The notes: a model not told the origin generated them from the letters alone. Counted from the stretch's first letter, positions 24,506-34,511 are shown. The stretch: 36,966 nt of DNA from an uncultured Methanosarcinales archaeon (GCA_964591655.1 CAZQDS010000002.1:1-36966), one strand, 5' to 3'. Program-made: numbers and translations.

Positions 24506-25615
24506 ATGAACCGCGAAATATATTTGAAGAAATTCCATGAATTGAAGTTTGAGAACATAAAGAATGGGTTGGGCATAGGGACGAGAGTAAATATTGATCT
24601 AGATTCGCATTATGCCACCACAGGCAGCATCGATTATTCTTCTAATAAAGACTTGGTTGATGAAGATAAAATGAAGGAATTGCCTGAGGACATGCTATCG
24701 AAAACACGCCATATCATCGACAATCCGCTCGTTGAGAACAAGATAGATTATATGCATGCTGCATTGAGGAATATAAAGATACTTACTATAGATGAAAGCG
24801 GCGAATATATCATAAACAGGAGGGTGGTCGGGAACCAATACATGCATCTGATAATCCATGTAAAAGAGGACGTCAATGCCACAATATATGTGAATACTAA
24901 ATCAGAAAAATACCCTGGAGATAAAGTTTCAGTCACCACAGAATTCCTTGACGTCGTAATTAAAGATAATTCCAATGTGCATCTTATAGATTTGAGGGAT
25001 TATGGAAGTAAATATTTTGTGTATTCAAGAAAAAACGTATCCTTAGAGGATAATTCGCACCTCTACTGGACGAATGTCGAAGGGCCAGCAAAATTGAACA
25101 TCACAGAATTGCATTCAACAATCAATGGAAAAAATTCTGGCTCAATAATGAACGTTGTTGTCCTGTCGGATGATTCAGAATACAACATGTTCACTAGGAC
25201 GGACCATAATGCTAAAGACACTAAAAGCCTTATGCATGTAAGGAACATAATGCGCAATTCAAAGGCGATAATGCGTGGATTGGTATACATAAATGAGAAT
25301 GCAAACAACAGCAACGGTTATCAGAAGACAGAGATGCTCATGCTAGATAATGGCTCCAGAGCGATAAGCATCCCTGATTTAGAGATACATAATGATGAAG
25401 TGAGATGTACGCACGGGTCGAGCATAACAAAGATCGATTCAGAAAAGCTTTTCTATCTGCAGAGCAGGGGATTGAGTGATGCAGAATCAGAGAAGTTGTT
25501 GATAAAAGGATTTTATGAGACTTTATTGTCGGAAGTCCCTAATGGATTGAAAGAGAATGTCTCGGATGAGATAGAGCACATATTATATCCTGAGAATCTC
25601 CTTGGTGCAAAATGA
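24506..25615 (+). CDS. sufD: Fe-S cluster assembly protein SufD
   Basis: SufBD-family C-terminus: PDLEIHNDEVRCTHGSSITKIDSEKLFYLQSRGLSDAESEKLLIKGF. A GAGGA SD-like element precedes the ATG. Confidence 0.9.
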   Translation: MNREIYLKKFHELKFENIKNGLGIGTRVNIDLDSHYATTGSIDYSSNKDLVDEDKMKELPEDMLSKTRHIIDNPLVENKIDYMHAALRNIKILTIDESGEYIINRRVVGNQYMHLIIHVKEDVNATIYVNTKSEKYPGDKVSVTTEFLDVVIKDNSNVHLIDLRDYGSKYFVYSRKNVSLEDNSHLYWTNVEGPAKLNITELHSTINGKNSGSIMNVVVLSDDSEYNMFTRTDHNAKDTKSLMHVRNIMRNSKAIMRGLVYINENANNSNGYQKTEMLMLDNGSRAISIPDLEIHNDEVRCTHGSSITKIDSEKLFYLQSRGLSDAESEKLLIKGFYETLLSEVPNGLKENVSDEIEHILYPENLLGAK

Positions 25616-26808
25616 GACAAGACTTCCCGATATTGAAAAAGAATAATGAATTGGTGTATTTGGATAATGCTGCAACGACACAGAAGCCGCAGGTCGTCAT
25701 AGATAGGTTGAAGGATTTTTATGAGAATAATAATGCAAATGCACATAGGGGCGTATACAAGTTATCTGAAAATGCGACCAGAATGCTAGTCGATGCGAGA
25801 AAGATATTTGCAAGATTCATCAATACAGAATCGCCGAACATAATATTCACTAAGAATGCAACAGAGAGCATAAACCTTGTCGCGAATAGTCTTGAAAGGA
25901 CGTTCATTTTAGGGAAAGGGGACAATATTGTCGTTACAGAAATCGAGCATCACTCTAATTTCCTCTCGTGGCAGCAACTATGCATAAGGACAGATGCAGA
26001 ATTCAGGATTGTCCATTATGACACTAAAAAACAGGATATTGAAGATATTTCAAGATATGTAGATGAGAACACGAAGATTGTCGCATTCACGGCCATGTCG
26101 AACGTGACAGGATTGATGATTGACGTAAAAAAACATGTATCGAGCATCAGAAAAAAGAATAAGGATGCAATAATAATAATTGACGCAACACAATATGTCG
26201 CACACAACACATTGAATGTCAATGAATGGGGTGCAGATTTCATAGTCTTTTCTGCACATAAGATATATGGCACGATGGGAGTCGGCGTCCTGTATGCCAA
26301 GACAAGATTCCTGGAGCAGATGGAGCCATTCCTTTACGGCGGCAATATGATATCTTCCGTATCGATAGAGAAATCAGAATGGGCTGATGCTCCAGAGAAA
26401 TTTGAAGCAGGGACTATAGACACAGCAGGTATAATCGCTTCAGCAGAGGCAATCAAGTATCTCCAGAAAAATTTCCGGGAATACGTGAGCATGGAAGAGA
26501 AATTGAAGGATTATGCGCTGAAAAGATTGAAAAGCATCAAAGGATTGGAGGTAATCGGCCATAATACAAAAAATTATGGTCCAGTGATAAGCTTTAAAAT
26601 AAAAGGAATACACCCTCATGATCTGGCGACAATATGCGACAGGCATAATGTCTGCATAAGGAGCGGCCACCATTGCGCGCAGCCATTCATGAAACAGCTC
26701 GGTGTTCCAGCGACATCACGTTTAAGCATATCATTTTACAATAATACTTCAGACATCGATAAGCTGATCGATGCGATAAATGACGCTAAAAAGATATTGA
26801 AGGCATGA
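25612..26808 (+). CDS. sufS: Cysteine desulfurase SufS (class V aminotransferase, group II)
   Basis: LDNAATTQKP, EIEHHSN, the PLP-lysine motif FSAHKIYG, and the active-site loop RSGHHCAQP. ATGA overlap with sufD. Confidence 0.93.
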   Translation: MRQDFPILKKNNELVYLDNAATTQKPQVVIDRLKDFYENNNANAHRGVYKLSENATRMLVDARKIFARFINTESPNIIFTKNATESINLVANSLERTFILGKGDNIVVTEIEHHSNFLSWQQLCIRTDAEFRIVHYDTKKQDIEDISRYVDENTKIVAFTAMSNVTGLMIDVKKHVSSIRKKNKDAIIIIDATQYVAHNTLNVNEWGADFIVFSAHKIYGTMGVGVLYAKTRFLEQMEPFLYGGNMISSVSIEKSEWADAPEKFEAGTIDTAGIIASAEAIKYLQKNFREYVSMEEKLKDYALKRLKSIKGLEVIGHNTKNYGPVISFKIKGIHPHDLATICDRHNVCIRSGHHCAQPFMKQLGVPATSRLSISFYNNTSDIDKLIDAINDAKKILKA

Positions 26809-27197
26809 TAGAGATGGATGAATTATATAGGGAATATTTGCTCGATCATTACAAGAATCCTAAAAATTTCGGAGAACTAAAGAATCCGGACATAAATAAG
26901 CACGACAACAATCCGTTATGCGGAGATGACGTGGAGATATTTGCAAAACTGGACCCGAAAAAAGAAAGATTTTCAGAAATAAAATTCAAAGGCCACGGGT
27001 GCGTAATATGCATGGCATCAGCATCGATACTTATGGATGAATTGCAGGGGAAGAAATTGAAGGAAATACAGAAAATGCAGACAGAAGACATGTTGAAACT
27101 GCTCGGCATTGAACTTACCCCGACAAGGATAAAATGCATGATGCTTCCATTGGTGGCCGTAAAGAAAGGCATAATGGAATATGAGGCGAAGAGATGA
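26805..27197 (+). CDS. sufU: SufU/IscU-type sulfur acceptor
   Basis: YKNPKNFG, NPLCGDDVEIF, KGHGCVICMASAS. ATGA overlap with sufS. Confidence 0.9.
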   Translation: MIEMDELYREYLLDHYKNPKNFGELKNPDINKHDNNPLCGDDVEIFAKLDPKKERFSEIKFKGHGCVICMASASILMDELQGKKLKEIQKMQTEDMLKLLGIELTPTRIKCMMLPLVAVKKGIMEYEAKR

Positions 27198-27946
27198 AAA
27201 TACATTTCAAAAACAGGAGAAATGAAAAGATTGTCGGCATATTGAAGGTCCCAAATAAAAAATCTGGCGAGATAAGCATACTAATACATGGATTTACTTC
27301 GAATAAAAACAGTGGAAGCATGATTATAGGGACTATCCTCCAAAAAAACAGGCTGAACAGCTTGGCGATAGACTTGGATAATTGTGGAGAGTCATCACCG
27401 AATTTTGAAGAAATGACGCTTACAAAATACTCCGAGACAATAATTGATGCAATAAAATATTGTGAAAAATTAGGATTCAAGAAAATAAATATTATCGGTA
27501 CAAGCAGCGGGGGATTATCTACGATGATTGCGGCGCTAAAATATAAGAAAATAAACTCACTGATATTGCGCTCAACTAACCCGTCAGATGCCGAATGGTT
27601 CAAGAAACGCGTTGGCGGAGCTAAGGGTGTGGCGTTATGGAAAAAGAATGGATTTTATATACGTAATGGCAAATATGGGATTAAAAGGGTCGGCTATTGC
27701 TATTATGCAGACTCATTAACTCACAATATGTATAAGGAAGCAAGAAAAATTAAGATCCCTACAATAATACTTCACGGAACAAGTGATGATGTTGTGCCGA
27801 TATCTCGTGTTAAAAAATTGGTGAAAAATTTTCCTAAAGCAGAATTTAAGATAATAGAAGGCGGAGACCATAGTCTTGGAGTGAATGGAGATTATTCAGA
27901 ATCAAGCAAGATAATAGTTGATTGGCTGAAGAAGGAGAAAAAATGA
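27194..27946 (+). CDS. Alpha/beta-hydrolase fold protein embedded in the suf operon
   Basis: Nucleophile elbow GTSSGG (GxSxG), ILHGTSDDVVP (acid), and GGDHSL (His). ATGA overlaps on both sides. Confidence 0.8.
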   Translation: MKIHFKNRRNEKIVGILKVPNKKSGEISILIHGFTSNKNSGSMIIGTILQKNRLNSLAIDLDNCGESSPNFEEMTLTKYSETIIDAIKYCEKLGFKKINIIGTSSGGLSTMIAALKYKKINSLILRSTNPSDAEWFKKRVGGAKGVALWKKNGFYIRNGKYGIKRVGYCYYADSLTHNMYKEARKIKIPTIILHGTSDDVVPISRVKKLVKNFPKAEFKIIEGGDHSLGVNGDYSESSKIIVDWLKKEKK

Positions 27947-28686
27947 ACAAGATACTTGAATTGAAGGATTTGAACATAAGTGTTGCAGGGAAGCACGTGA
28001 TTAAGGGCATTGATTTGGAATTGCATAAGGGAGAGATTGTCGTAATAATGGGTCCTAACGGGTCAGGCAAATCCACTTTGGCGAATGGGCTGATGGGTCA
28101 TCCATCGTATGAGATTGGTGGACAAGTCTCTCTAGAGGGTCAGGACATATCAGGATTGAAGGCAGATGAGCGCTCAAAGAACGGATTGTTCTTGTCATTC
28201 CAGTATCCTGTAGAGATTCCTGGAGTTACTGTCTCTAATTTTTTGAGGACTGCATTGAATTCACGTAGAGATAAAGATAAACAGATAAAGATGATCGAAT
28301 TCATGAAATTATTGAATGAAAAGATGGACATGCTGCACATCCCCAAAGAGTTTGCATCAAGATATGTCAATGAAGGATTCTCTGGTGGCGAGAAGAAGAA
28401 GATGGAGATATTGCAGCTCGCGATGTTGAGCCCGAAAGTTGCAGTGCTTGATGAGACAGATTCTGGATTGGATATAGATGCATTGAAGAAAGTATGTGAA
28501 AGCATCAACCTATTGAAGAAGACAAACCCTGAGCTGACATTATTGATAATCACGCATTATCAGAGGATGCTTAATTATATAAAGCCAGACAAGGTATGTA
28601 TCATGGTCGATGGGAAAATAACTAAGTGTGGAGGAGCAGAGTTGGCCCTAGAACTAGAGAAAGAAGGATATGAGGGACACAAATGA
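27943..28686 (+). CDS. sufC: Fe-S cluster assembly ATPase SufC
   Basis: Walker A GPNGSGKST, ABC signature FSGGEKKK, Walker B VLDETDSGLD, H-loop ITHY. ATG at 27943 (ATGA overlap, GAAGGAG upstream) is preferred to the track start at 27922. Confidence 0.95.
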   Translation: MNKILELKDLNISVAGKHVIKGIDLELHKGEIVVIMGPNGSGKSTLANGLMGHPSYEIGGQVSLEGQDISGLKADERSKNGLFLSFQYPVEIPGVTVSNFLRTALNSRRDKDKQIKMIEFMKLLNEKMDMLHIPKEFASRYVNEGFSGGEKKKMEILQLAMLSPKVAVLDETDSGLDIDALKKVCESINLLKKTNPELTLLIITHYQRMLNYIKPDKVCIMVDGKITKCGGAELALELEKEGYEGHK

Positions 28687-29237
28687 CTAAAGAACATGAA
28701 ACAAAAATCCTAGATATAGATAAAGAAGAGGTAATCAATAAGCTCACCGCATTAGGTGCTAAGAAATCTTCAGAATTCCTCATGAGAAGATGGGTTTATG
28801 ATTGGGTTGAAGAGGACCCTGACAACATAAACGAGTGGATAAGATTGAGGGATGAAGGGAAGAAGACGACACTCACTTATAAGAAGAGGTTTTCAGACCA
28901 AAGCATCCCGACTGAAGAGATAGAGATAAAAGTGGATGATTTTGATAATACTGCAAAGATATTCTCCCAAATTCCTTTCAAGAGAAAATTTTATCAGGAA
29001 AACAAGAGGACGATATACAAGTTTGAAAAGATAGAGTTCATGATTGACGAATGGCCTGGACTGAAACCGCATCTGGAGATAGAGGGCAAGACGAAGAAAG
29101 CAATGGAGCGAGGGGTGGAATTGCTCGGGTTCAAAGGAAAAGAGTCCGGGGACATTTCAGTAAACGATTTATACAAAGAGATAGGTGTAGAGTTGCACAA
29201 ATTGCCTATGCTAAGATTTGAGGACTTCAGAAAATGA
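28683..29237 (+). CDS. CYTH-domain protein (triphosphate tunnel metalloenzyme; CyaB/ThTPase-like)
   Basis: An N-terminal ExExK-type motif (EHETKIL), later acidic/basic strands (WIRLRDEG, TLTYKKR, EEIEIKVDD, HLEIEG), and a size of 184 aa. Confidence 0.75.
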   Translation: MTKEHETKILDIDKEEVINKLTALGAKKSSEFLMRRWVYDWVEEDPDNINEWIRLRDEGKKTTLTYKKRFSDQSIPTEEIEIKVDDFDNTAKIFSQIPFKRKFYQENKRTIYKFEKIEFMIDEWPGLKPHLEIEGKTKKAMERGVELLGFKGKESGDISVNDLYKEIGVELHKLPMLRFEDFRK

Positions 29238-30130
29238 AATCATCAATGAACATAAAGATGGAAGATTTTGATTATGATAAGATAAAGGTCCCGAAGATGG
29301 ATCGACTTAGGTTCGGGACTGCCGGGATACCGATAAGAGCGCATGGATCAAAAACGCATGAAGGGATTGCAGAAGTAAGGAAAATGGGATTAGAGGCGAT
29401 GGAGCTAGAATTCGTGCATTCAGTAAATCTTAATCCGCAGACCGCAGCGCTTGCAAACAAGGCAAGGATGGAAAATGATGTCGTAATGACTGCTCATGGA
29501 TCATATTATATTAACTTGAATGCGCAGGAGAAAGAGAAACTATCAGCATCAATATCAAGGATACTTCAGGCAGCATATATCGCTCGGCAGGCTGGTGGAT
29601 GGTCGATAGTGTTCCATGCGGCATATTATTTGAAGGATGAACCGAAGACAGTGTATGATAGGACATATGATGCATTAAAATCAATAACAACAGAATTGAA
29701 GGATAATGGGAATGACATTTGGATCAGGCCAGAAACTACAGGCAAAGCAACACAATTCGGCAATCTGAAAGAACTTATTAAAATGTCTCAGGAGCTTGAT
29801 CAAGTCATGCCATGCGTAGATTTCGCACATCTACATGCAAGAAATGGTGGTGGAAATAATTCATTGAATGAGTTCAAGACAATATTAAATGAGATTGAGA
29901 AAGGCCTCGGCCGTGAGGGTTTAGATAACATGCATATTCACATGTCAGGAATCAATTATGGTGATAAGGGAGAAAAGAATCATCTAATATTAAAAGAATC
30001 TGACTTCAAATATGAGGAATTGATGAAAGCATTCAAGGAATACAAATTGAAGGGCGTAGTAGTGTGCGAAAGCCCAAACATCGAAGAGGATGCATTATTG
30101 ATGCAGAAGGTGTATAAAAAATGGAATTAA
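29234..30130 (+). CDS. Endonuclease IV-like (AP endonuclease family 2 / xylose-isomerase-like) TIM-barrel protein
   Basis: Collinear with the Nfo metal-ligand blocks: AHGSYYINLNA, VFHAAYY, IRPETTGKATQFG, VDFAHLHA, MHIHMSGINYGDKGEKNHL, VVCESPN. Confidence 0.75.
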   Translation: MKSSMNIKMEDFDYDKIKVPKMDRLRFGTAGIPIRAHGSKTHEGIAEVRKMGLEAMELEFVHSVNLNPQTAALANKARMENDVVMTAHGSYYINLNAQEKEKLSASISRILQAAYIARQAGGWSIVFHAAYYLKDEPKTVYDRTYDALKSITTELKDNGNDIWIRPETTGKATQFGNLKELIKMSQELDQVMPCVDFAHLHARNGGGNNSLNEFKTILNEIEKGLGREGLDNMHIHMSGINYGDKGEKNHLILKESDFKYEELMKAFKEYKLKGVVVCESPNIEEDALLMQKVYKKWN

Positions 30131-30411
30131 ACAGTAAAAATTTTCCTAAATATTATAATAGCGTGGCAGAGCGATTATATTCAGTGCTTATCGATGATGA
30201 GCTAACAGAAGAAGAAAAAGTGGCATTATTCGATGGAATGTCCACACTATTATTAAAATTAGCGACAATCGCATATAATGATGAGAAAAAACTAGAAAAA
30301 GTCAAGGATTACGTGTCCATATGCAATGAATATCTTCATGGACATAATAAGGACGAATGTTTAAGATTATCAGGAAATCTATTGAATGAAATAAAAATAA
30401 ACGAGGTCTAA
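30121..30411 (+). CDS. Small hypothetical helical protein (96 aa), last gene of the overlapped operon
   Basis: ORF overlaps the upstream gene by 10 nt. No motif recognised. Confidence 0.5.
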   Translation: MELNSKNFPKYYNSVAERLYSVLIDDELTEEEKVALFDGMSTLLLKLATIAYNDEKKLEKVKDYVSICNEYLHGHNKDECLRLSGNLLNEIKINEV

Positions 30412-30478
30412 AAATGAAACATATTCACTGCGTTCATAACTTCATTTTTCATAAACGACAAAATATGGAGGAAAAAAA

Positions 30479-31072
30479 ATGAAACATGAATTACCAAAAT
30501 TAGGATATGAATATGATGCTCTGGAGCCATATATTGATGCGAGGACAATGGAGATCCATCTGACTAAACATCATCAGACATATGTGGATAAGCTCAATGC
30601 AGCATTAGAGAAACACCCAGAACTACAGGATAAAACTACAGAGGAACTACTAAAGGACTTGAACAAGATACCAGAAGATATCAGGACTGCAGTAAGGAAC
30701 CATGGAGGCGGGCATTTCAACCATTCAATGTTCTGGAAACTATTGAAGAAAGATGTGAAGATGTCAGAAAAGGTCAATGTGGCTATAGATGAATCATTCG
30801 GCAACTTCGATAATTTCAAGAAAGCATTCACGGATGCAGCGCTGAACAGGTTCGGAAGCGGATGGGCATGGCTTGTCATGAACAATGGAAAGCTGGAAAT
30901 CGTATCTACAGCAAATCAGGATTGTCCGATATCAGATGGAAAGAAACCGATTCTTGATATAGATGTATGGGAGCATGCATACTATTTGAAGTATCAGAAT
31001 AAGAGGGCAGAATATGTCGAGAATTTCTTCAAGATAATAAATTGGGAAGAAGTAGAGAAGAATATGGGATGA
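30479..31072 (+). CDS. sod: Fe/Mn-family superoxide dismutase
   Basis: [63 protein letters not shown] precedes the ATG. Confidence 0.95.
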   Translation: MKHELPKLGYEYDALEPYIDARTMEIHLTKHHQTYVDKLNAALEKHPELQDKTTEELLKDLNKIPEDIRTAVRNHGGGHFNHSMFWKLLKKDVKMSEKVNVAIDESFGNFDNFKKAFTDAALNRFGSGWAWLVMNNGKLEIVSTANQDCPISDGKKPILDIDVWEHAYYLKYQNKRAEYVENFFKIINWEEVEKNMG

Positions 31073-31095
31073 GGATTAAAGTAGAAGGTGAAATA

Positions 31096-31545
31096 ATGAA
31101 ACAGGGCTCAAAAGCGATAGATTTCGTATTGAAAGACCAGAATGGCAAATCGCATAAGTTATCAGGCTATAAAGGAAAACCTATAGTCCTTTACTTTTAT
31201 CCTAAGGACGATACTCCGGGATGCACGTTGGAGGCATGTGATTTCAGGGATAATTATTCAGAATTCAAGAAAAAAGGCGTAGTAGTCATAGGTGTAAGTG
31301 TTGATGATGAGAAGTCACATAAGAAATTTGCAGATAAGTACAAGCTTCCATTCATATTGCTCGCAGACCCAGAAAAAAAGGTCGTCCAGAAATATGGCGT
31401 ATGGGGAGAGAAGAGCTTTATGGGGAAGAAATATATGGGTACTACAAGAGCGACATTCATCATCGATAAGGATTTCAAGATAAAGGGGATATTCCCTAAA
31501 GTATCTGTGCCTGGTCATATAAAAGAGGTAATGGCATCATTATAG
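31096..31545 (+). CDS. bcp: Peroxiredoxin, Bcp type (thiol peroxidase)
   Basis: AIDFVLKDQNGKSHKLSGYKGKPIVLYFYPKDDTPGCTLEAC (the PxDxTxxC motif) and VIGVSVDD. ATG at 31096 (GAAGGTG upstream) is preferred to the track start at 31042, which overlaps sod. Confidence 0.9.
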   Translation: MKQGSKAIDFVLKDQNGKSHKLSGYKGKPIVLYFYPKDDTPGCTLEACDFRDNYSEFKKKGVVVIGVSVDDEKSHKKFADKYKLPFILLADPEKKVVQKYGVWGEKSFMGKKYMGTTRATFIIDKDFKIKGIFPKVSVPGHIKEVMASL

Positions 31546-31561
31546 TTTTGGCGGTAAAAAA

Positions 31562-32260
31562 ATGAAGGCTATATTCGAGTCTAAGTTGCTGTACAAGAAA
31601 TACTTGACAGATGACCTGTTGATAATAGGTTTTGAGGCTGATTTAGATTTCAAGGCAGGGCAATTCTTTCATATAATAATCGATGAAACAAATCCCGATG
31701 ATGAGAAGATGGGTTTCCGGCCTTATTCTATACTGAACAGTCCTGATGATGCAAAATCAAGGAAAGTGATTGAAAGCTTCATAAAATTACTTCCAGGAGG
31801 TCTTGCATCAGAGCTTGTTAAGAAAGCAGATGTCGGAGAAAAGATATTCTTAAGAGGTGTTTTCGGCAGGTTCCATCTGGATGAAGCCAATAATAAGCAT
31901 GTCTTCTTATGCGCAGGGACAGGAATAACGCCCATACATAGCATAATAGAGCAGAATCTAGACACAGATAACGAGTTGATATTGATGTATAGTGCGAAAA
32001 CAAAAGAAGAACTGCTCTACCATGAGAAATTCCAGGAATGGAAACGTCAGCACAAGAATTTCCATTACTTCGCCACATTGACAAGGGATGATTCTCCGGA
32101 ATGGGATGGCCTGACTGGGAGAATAAACAATCACCTGGATCTGATAGATGACTTCTCAGATAAGTCGGTTTACATATGCGGTGTAAAGGATTTCATATTG
32201 GATCTGATGACGATGTTCAAGGGTAAAGCAAAAAATATAATAATCGAAAGATTTAATTGA
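31562..32260 (+). CDS. FNR-family FAD/NAD(P)-binding oxidoreductase (no Fe-S domain)
   Basis: RPYSI (RxYS FAD motif), LPGGLASELV, LRGVFGRF, CAGTGITP (NAD(P) motif), VYICGVKDF. Confidence 0.85.
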   Translation: MKAIFESKLLYKKYLTDDLLIIGFEADLDFKAGQFFHIIIDETNPDDEKMGFRPYSILNSPDDAKSRKVIESFIKLLPGGLASELVKKADVGEKIFLRGVFGRFHLDEANNKHVFLCAGTGITPIHSIIEQNLDTDNELILMYSAKTKEELLYHEKFQEWKRQHKNFHYFATLTRDDSPEWDGLTGRINNHLDLIDDFSDKSVYICGVKDFILDLMTMFKGKAKNIIIERFN

Positions 32261-32302
32261 TTGGAATAAGATATATTTTAGAGATATGACTTGGGTGATA
32301 AA

Positions 32303-33778
32303 ATGAGGATAAATGTCAGCGAAAGGTTAGAATTAAAATCAGATTTTTTGGTTCTAGGCTTATGGGATGATGATAAGGATTTATATTCAAAGCTTAACCC
32401 TGAATTAGCTTCAGAATTAGATTCTGCCATCAGGAAGAAATCGCTGGAGAGGGATTTCGGCAAAACTTTTTCCACAAAAATAGCGAATTCTGCATATAAA
32501 TCGATACTCGTGATAAGCCTCGGTAAAAAACAGGAGATGAATCATGAGCGGATGAGAAGGGTGATGTCGAGAATAGTCACGTATCTAAGGAAAAACAAGC
32601 ATTCCTCATTCACGACTAACATCACTTCCATGGTCGGTCTCGACCCAAGAATATCGGGCAGATCATGCGCTGAGGGGCTGATACTGTCCGATTACGTATT
32701 CGATAAATATAAGTCTAAGAAAGACGAGCATACAGAGATAATCGCAAACATCCAATTCAATGATTCGAAGAATTTCATGGCCGGATTTAATGAAGGACGG
32801 ATCATTGCCGAATCTACAAATTATGCAAAGAATCTAGTCAATGAGCCTTCTGTGGTCGTGACTCCAGAATTCATAGAAAAGGAAGCATTAAAATTGGGGA
32901 ACAAGAGCACCACAGTAAAGGTGTTGAACAGGAAAGATATGGAAAAGCTCGGATTGAACCTCTTGCTTGCTGTGAGTTCAGGAAGCGATAAGCCAGCAAA
33001 ACTTATAGTCATACAATATGCGGGCTCTGACAAAAAAAATGACAGATATACTGCAATAGTCGGCAAAGGCATAACTTTCGATTCTGGAGGATATGATATA
33101 AAACCTGCAGGACAGTTCACAGACATGAAATGCGACATGTCGGGAGCGGCAGCAGTGCTTGGGACAATAAAGGCTGCGCAGCAGCTTGGCTTGAAAAAGA
33201 ATATTCTTGGAGTGATACCGAGCTGTGAAAACTTGATCAATGGTTCAGCATATAAGCCTGGAGACATAATAAAAGCCTACAACGGGAAGACGGTCGAGAT
33301 ATCGAATACTGATGCGGAAGGGAGGCTGATACTTGCTGATGCGATTTCCTATACGGAAAAAAATTATCAACCGGAAACAATCATAGACTTAGCCACATTG
33401 ACTGGTGCGTGCGTTGTCGCGTTAGGGTATTATGCTTCAGGATTGATAAGCAACAACAAAGAGCTGGTAAGAAGATTGTCTGATGCAGGGAATGAAAGTT
33501 ATGACAGGGTTTGGGAACTGCCATTCTTTGAAGAATATCAGGACAATATGGATGGAGACATCTCTGACTTGAAGAATATGTCTGTGAAAGGCAAAGGGAG
33601 AGAGGCAGGGACAATAACTGGAGCGGTGTTCATAAGCAAGTTCGTCGACTTGGAAAAGACGAAATGGGCCCATCTTGATATTGCAGGCACAGCATTCCTT
33701 GCAGAAGCGAAAGAATACAACCAGAAATATGCCTCAGGTGCAGGAGTTAGATTGCTGAGCTATTACTTTATGGGATAG
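32303..33778 (+). CDS. pepA: Leucyl aminopeptidase (M17 family)
   Basis: VGKGITFDSGGYDIKP and the M17 signature NTDAEGRLILAD. The track start at 32291 is TTG. ATG at 32303 is used here. Confidence 0.93.
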   Translation: MRINVSERLELKSDFLVLGLWDDDKDLYSKLNPELASELDSAIRKKSLERDFGKTFSTKIANSAYKSILVISLGKKQEMNHERMRRVMSRIVTYLRKNKHSSFTTNITSMVGLDPRISGRSCAEGLILSDYVFDKYKSKKDEHTEIIANIQFNDSKNFMAGFNEGRIIAESTNYAKNLVNEPSVVVTPEFIEKEALKLGNKSTTVKVLNRKDMEKLGLNLLLAVSSGSDKPAKLIVIQYAGSDKKNDRYTAIVGKGITFDSGGYDIKPAGQFTDMKCDMSGAAAVLGTIKAAQQLGLKKNILGVIPSCENLINGSAYKPGDIIKAYNGKTVEISNTDAEGRLILADAISYTEKNYQPETIIDLATLTGACVVALGYYASGLISNNKELVRRLSDAGNESYDRVWELPFFEEYQDNMDGDISDLKNMSVKGKGREAGTITGAVFISKFVDLEKTKWAHLDIAGTAFLAEAKEYNQKYASGAGVRLLSYYFMG

Positions 33779-33802
33779 GGTGATACCCACAAAATATTTT
33801 TT

Positions 33803-34387
33803 TTAGAATTTCCTCATTATCCCTTCGATCTTTTTCTGTTCTTGGAATTGCATCTGCCTCTGCATGTTGTATTGGTTGACTTTCTGCTGTATCAGTTCTG
33901 TCAACCTATCTGGGCCGTCTATAGATTCTAGTGTGATGCTTGGGATTTTCATTCCTGTAAGCTCTATCTTTACCTCTCCGCAGCTTAACAGCTTGTTCAT
34001 TATGCCTTCATTAGAAAATGTTATCCGTGTTATGTTCTGGAATGGTATGGTCTCTTTTTGGATCATTATCAATGCTTGTGTCCCGGCGTATTCTATCCTA
34101 TCATTGCATAATAGGTATTTCTGATTTTTGATGCTCATATAGTTGAACAGCAACAATGCTGCTGCACCGATGATGAACAGCAACGATAATCCCAAGGTAA
34201 TGATTCCTGCGCTTATTTGTATTTCAAACGCTGACAATACATCCTCTAATAGTCCGGTTCCTACTTGTGTTTGCATATATATGAGCAATCCTATTATTAT
34301 GATTACTATTACGAATATTGATATGAGATTCTTCAAGAACTCTTTTCCTGCATTAGGATAGACTATTACCTCATCATTTATATCCAT
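33803..34387 (-). CDS. Membrane protein with a bacterial-PH (bPH_2 / YdbS-YdbT-like) domain
   Basis: Two TM helices (LISIFVIVIIIIGLLIYM and IITLGLSLLFIIGAAALLLF) followed by YLLCNDRIEYAGTQ...ETIPFQNITRITFSNEGIMNKLLSCGEVKIELTG. Confidence 0.7.
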   Translation of the reverse strand: MDINDEVIVYPNAGKEFLKNLISIFVIVIIIIGLLIYMQTQVGTGLLEDVLSAFEIQISAGIITLGLSLLFIIGAAALLLFNYMSIKNQKYLLCNDRIEYAGTQALIMIQKETIPFQNITRITFSNEGIMNKLLSCGEVKIELTGMKIPSITLESIDGPDRLTELIQQKVNQYNMQRQMQFQEQKKIEGIMRKF

Positions 34388-34511
34388 GAGAATATCCTAA
34401 GAACCGATATTAATAAATGTTTTTAAAACGATTTCGCCATTTTTTTGGACTTAGCTTATAATTGACTTCCAACAATAACATTTAAATATCCTCATCTAGT
34501 TCTTTTTACTT

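Noticed and set aside
31042-31095. An N-terminal extension of the Bcp ORF that overlaps the end of sod.
   Set aside because: The peroxiredoxin fold begins near MKQGSKAIDF. ATG at 31096 has a GAAGGTG element upstream. The extension is more likely a consequence of the track's longest-ORF rule.
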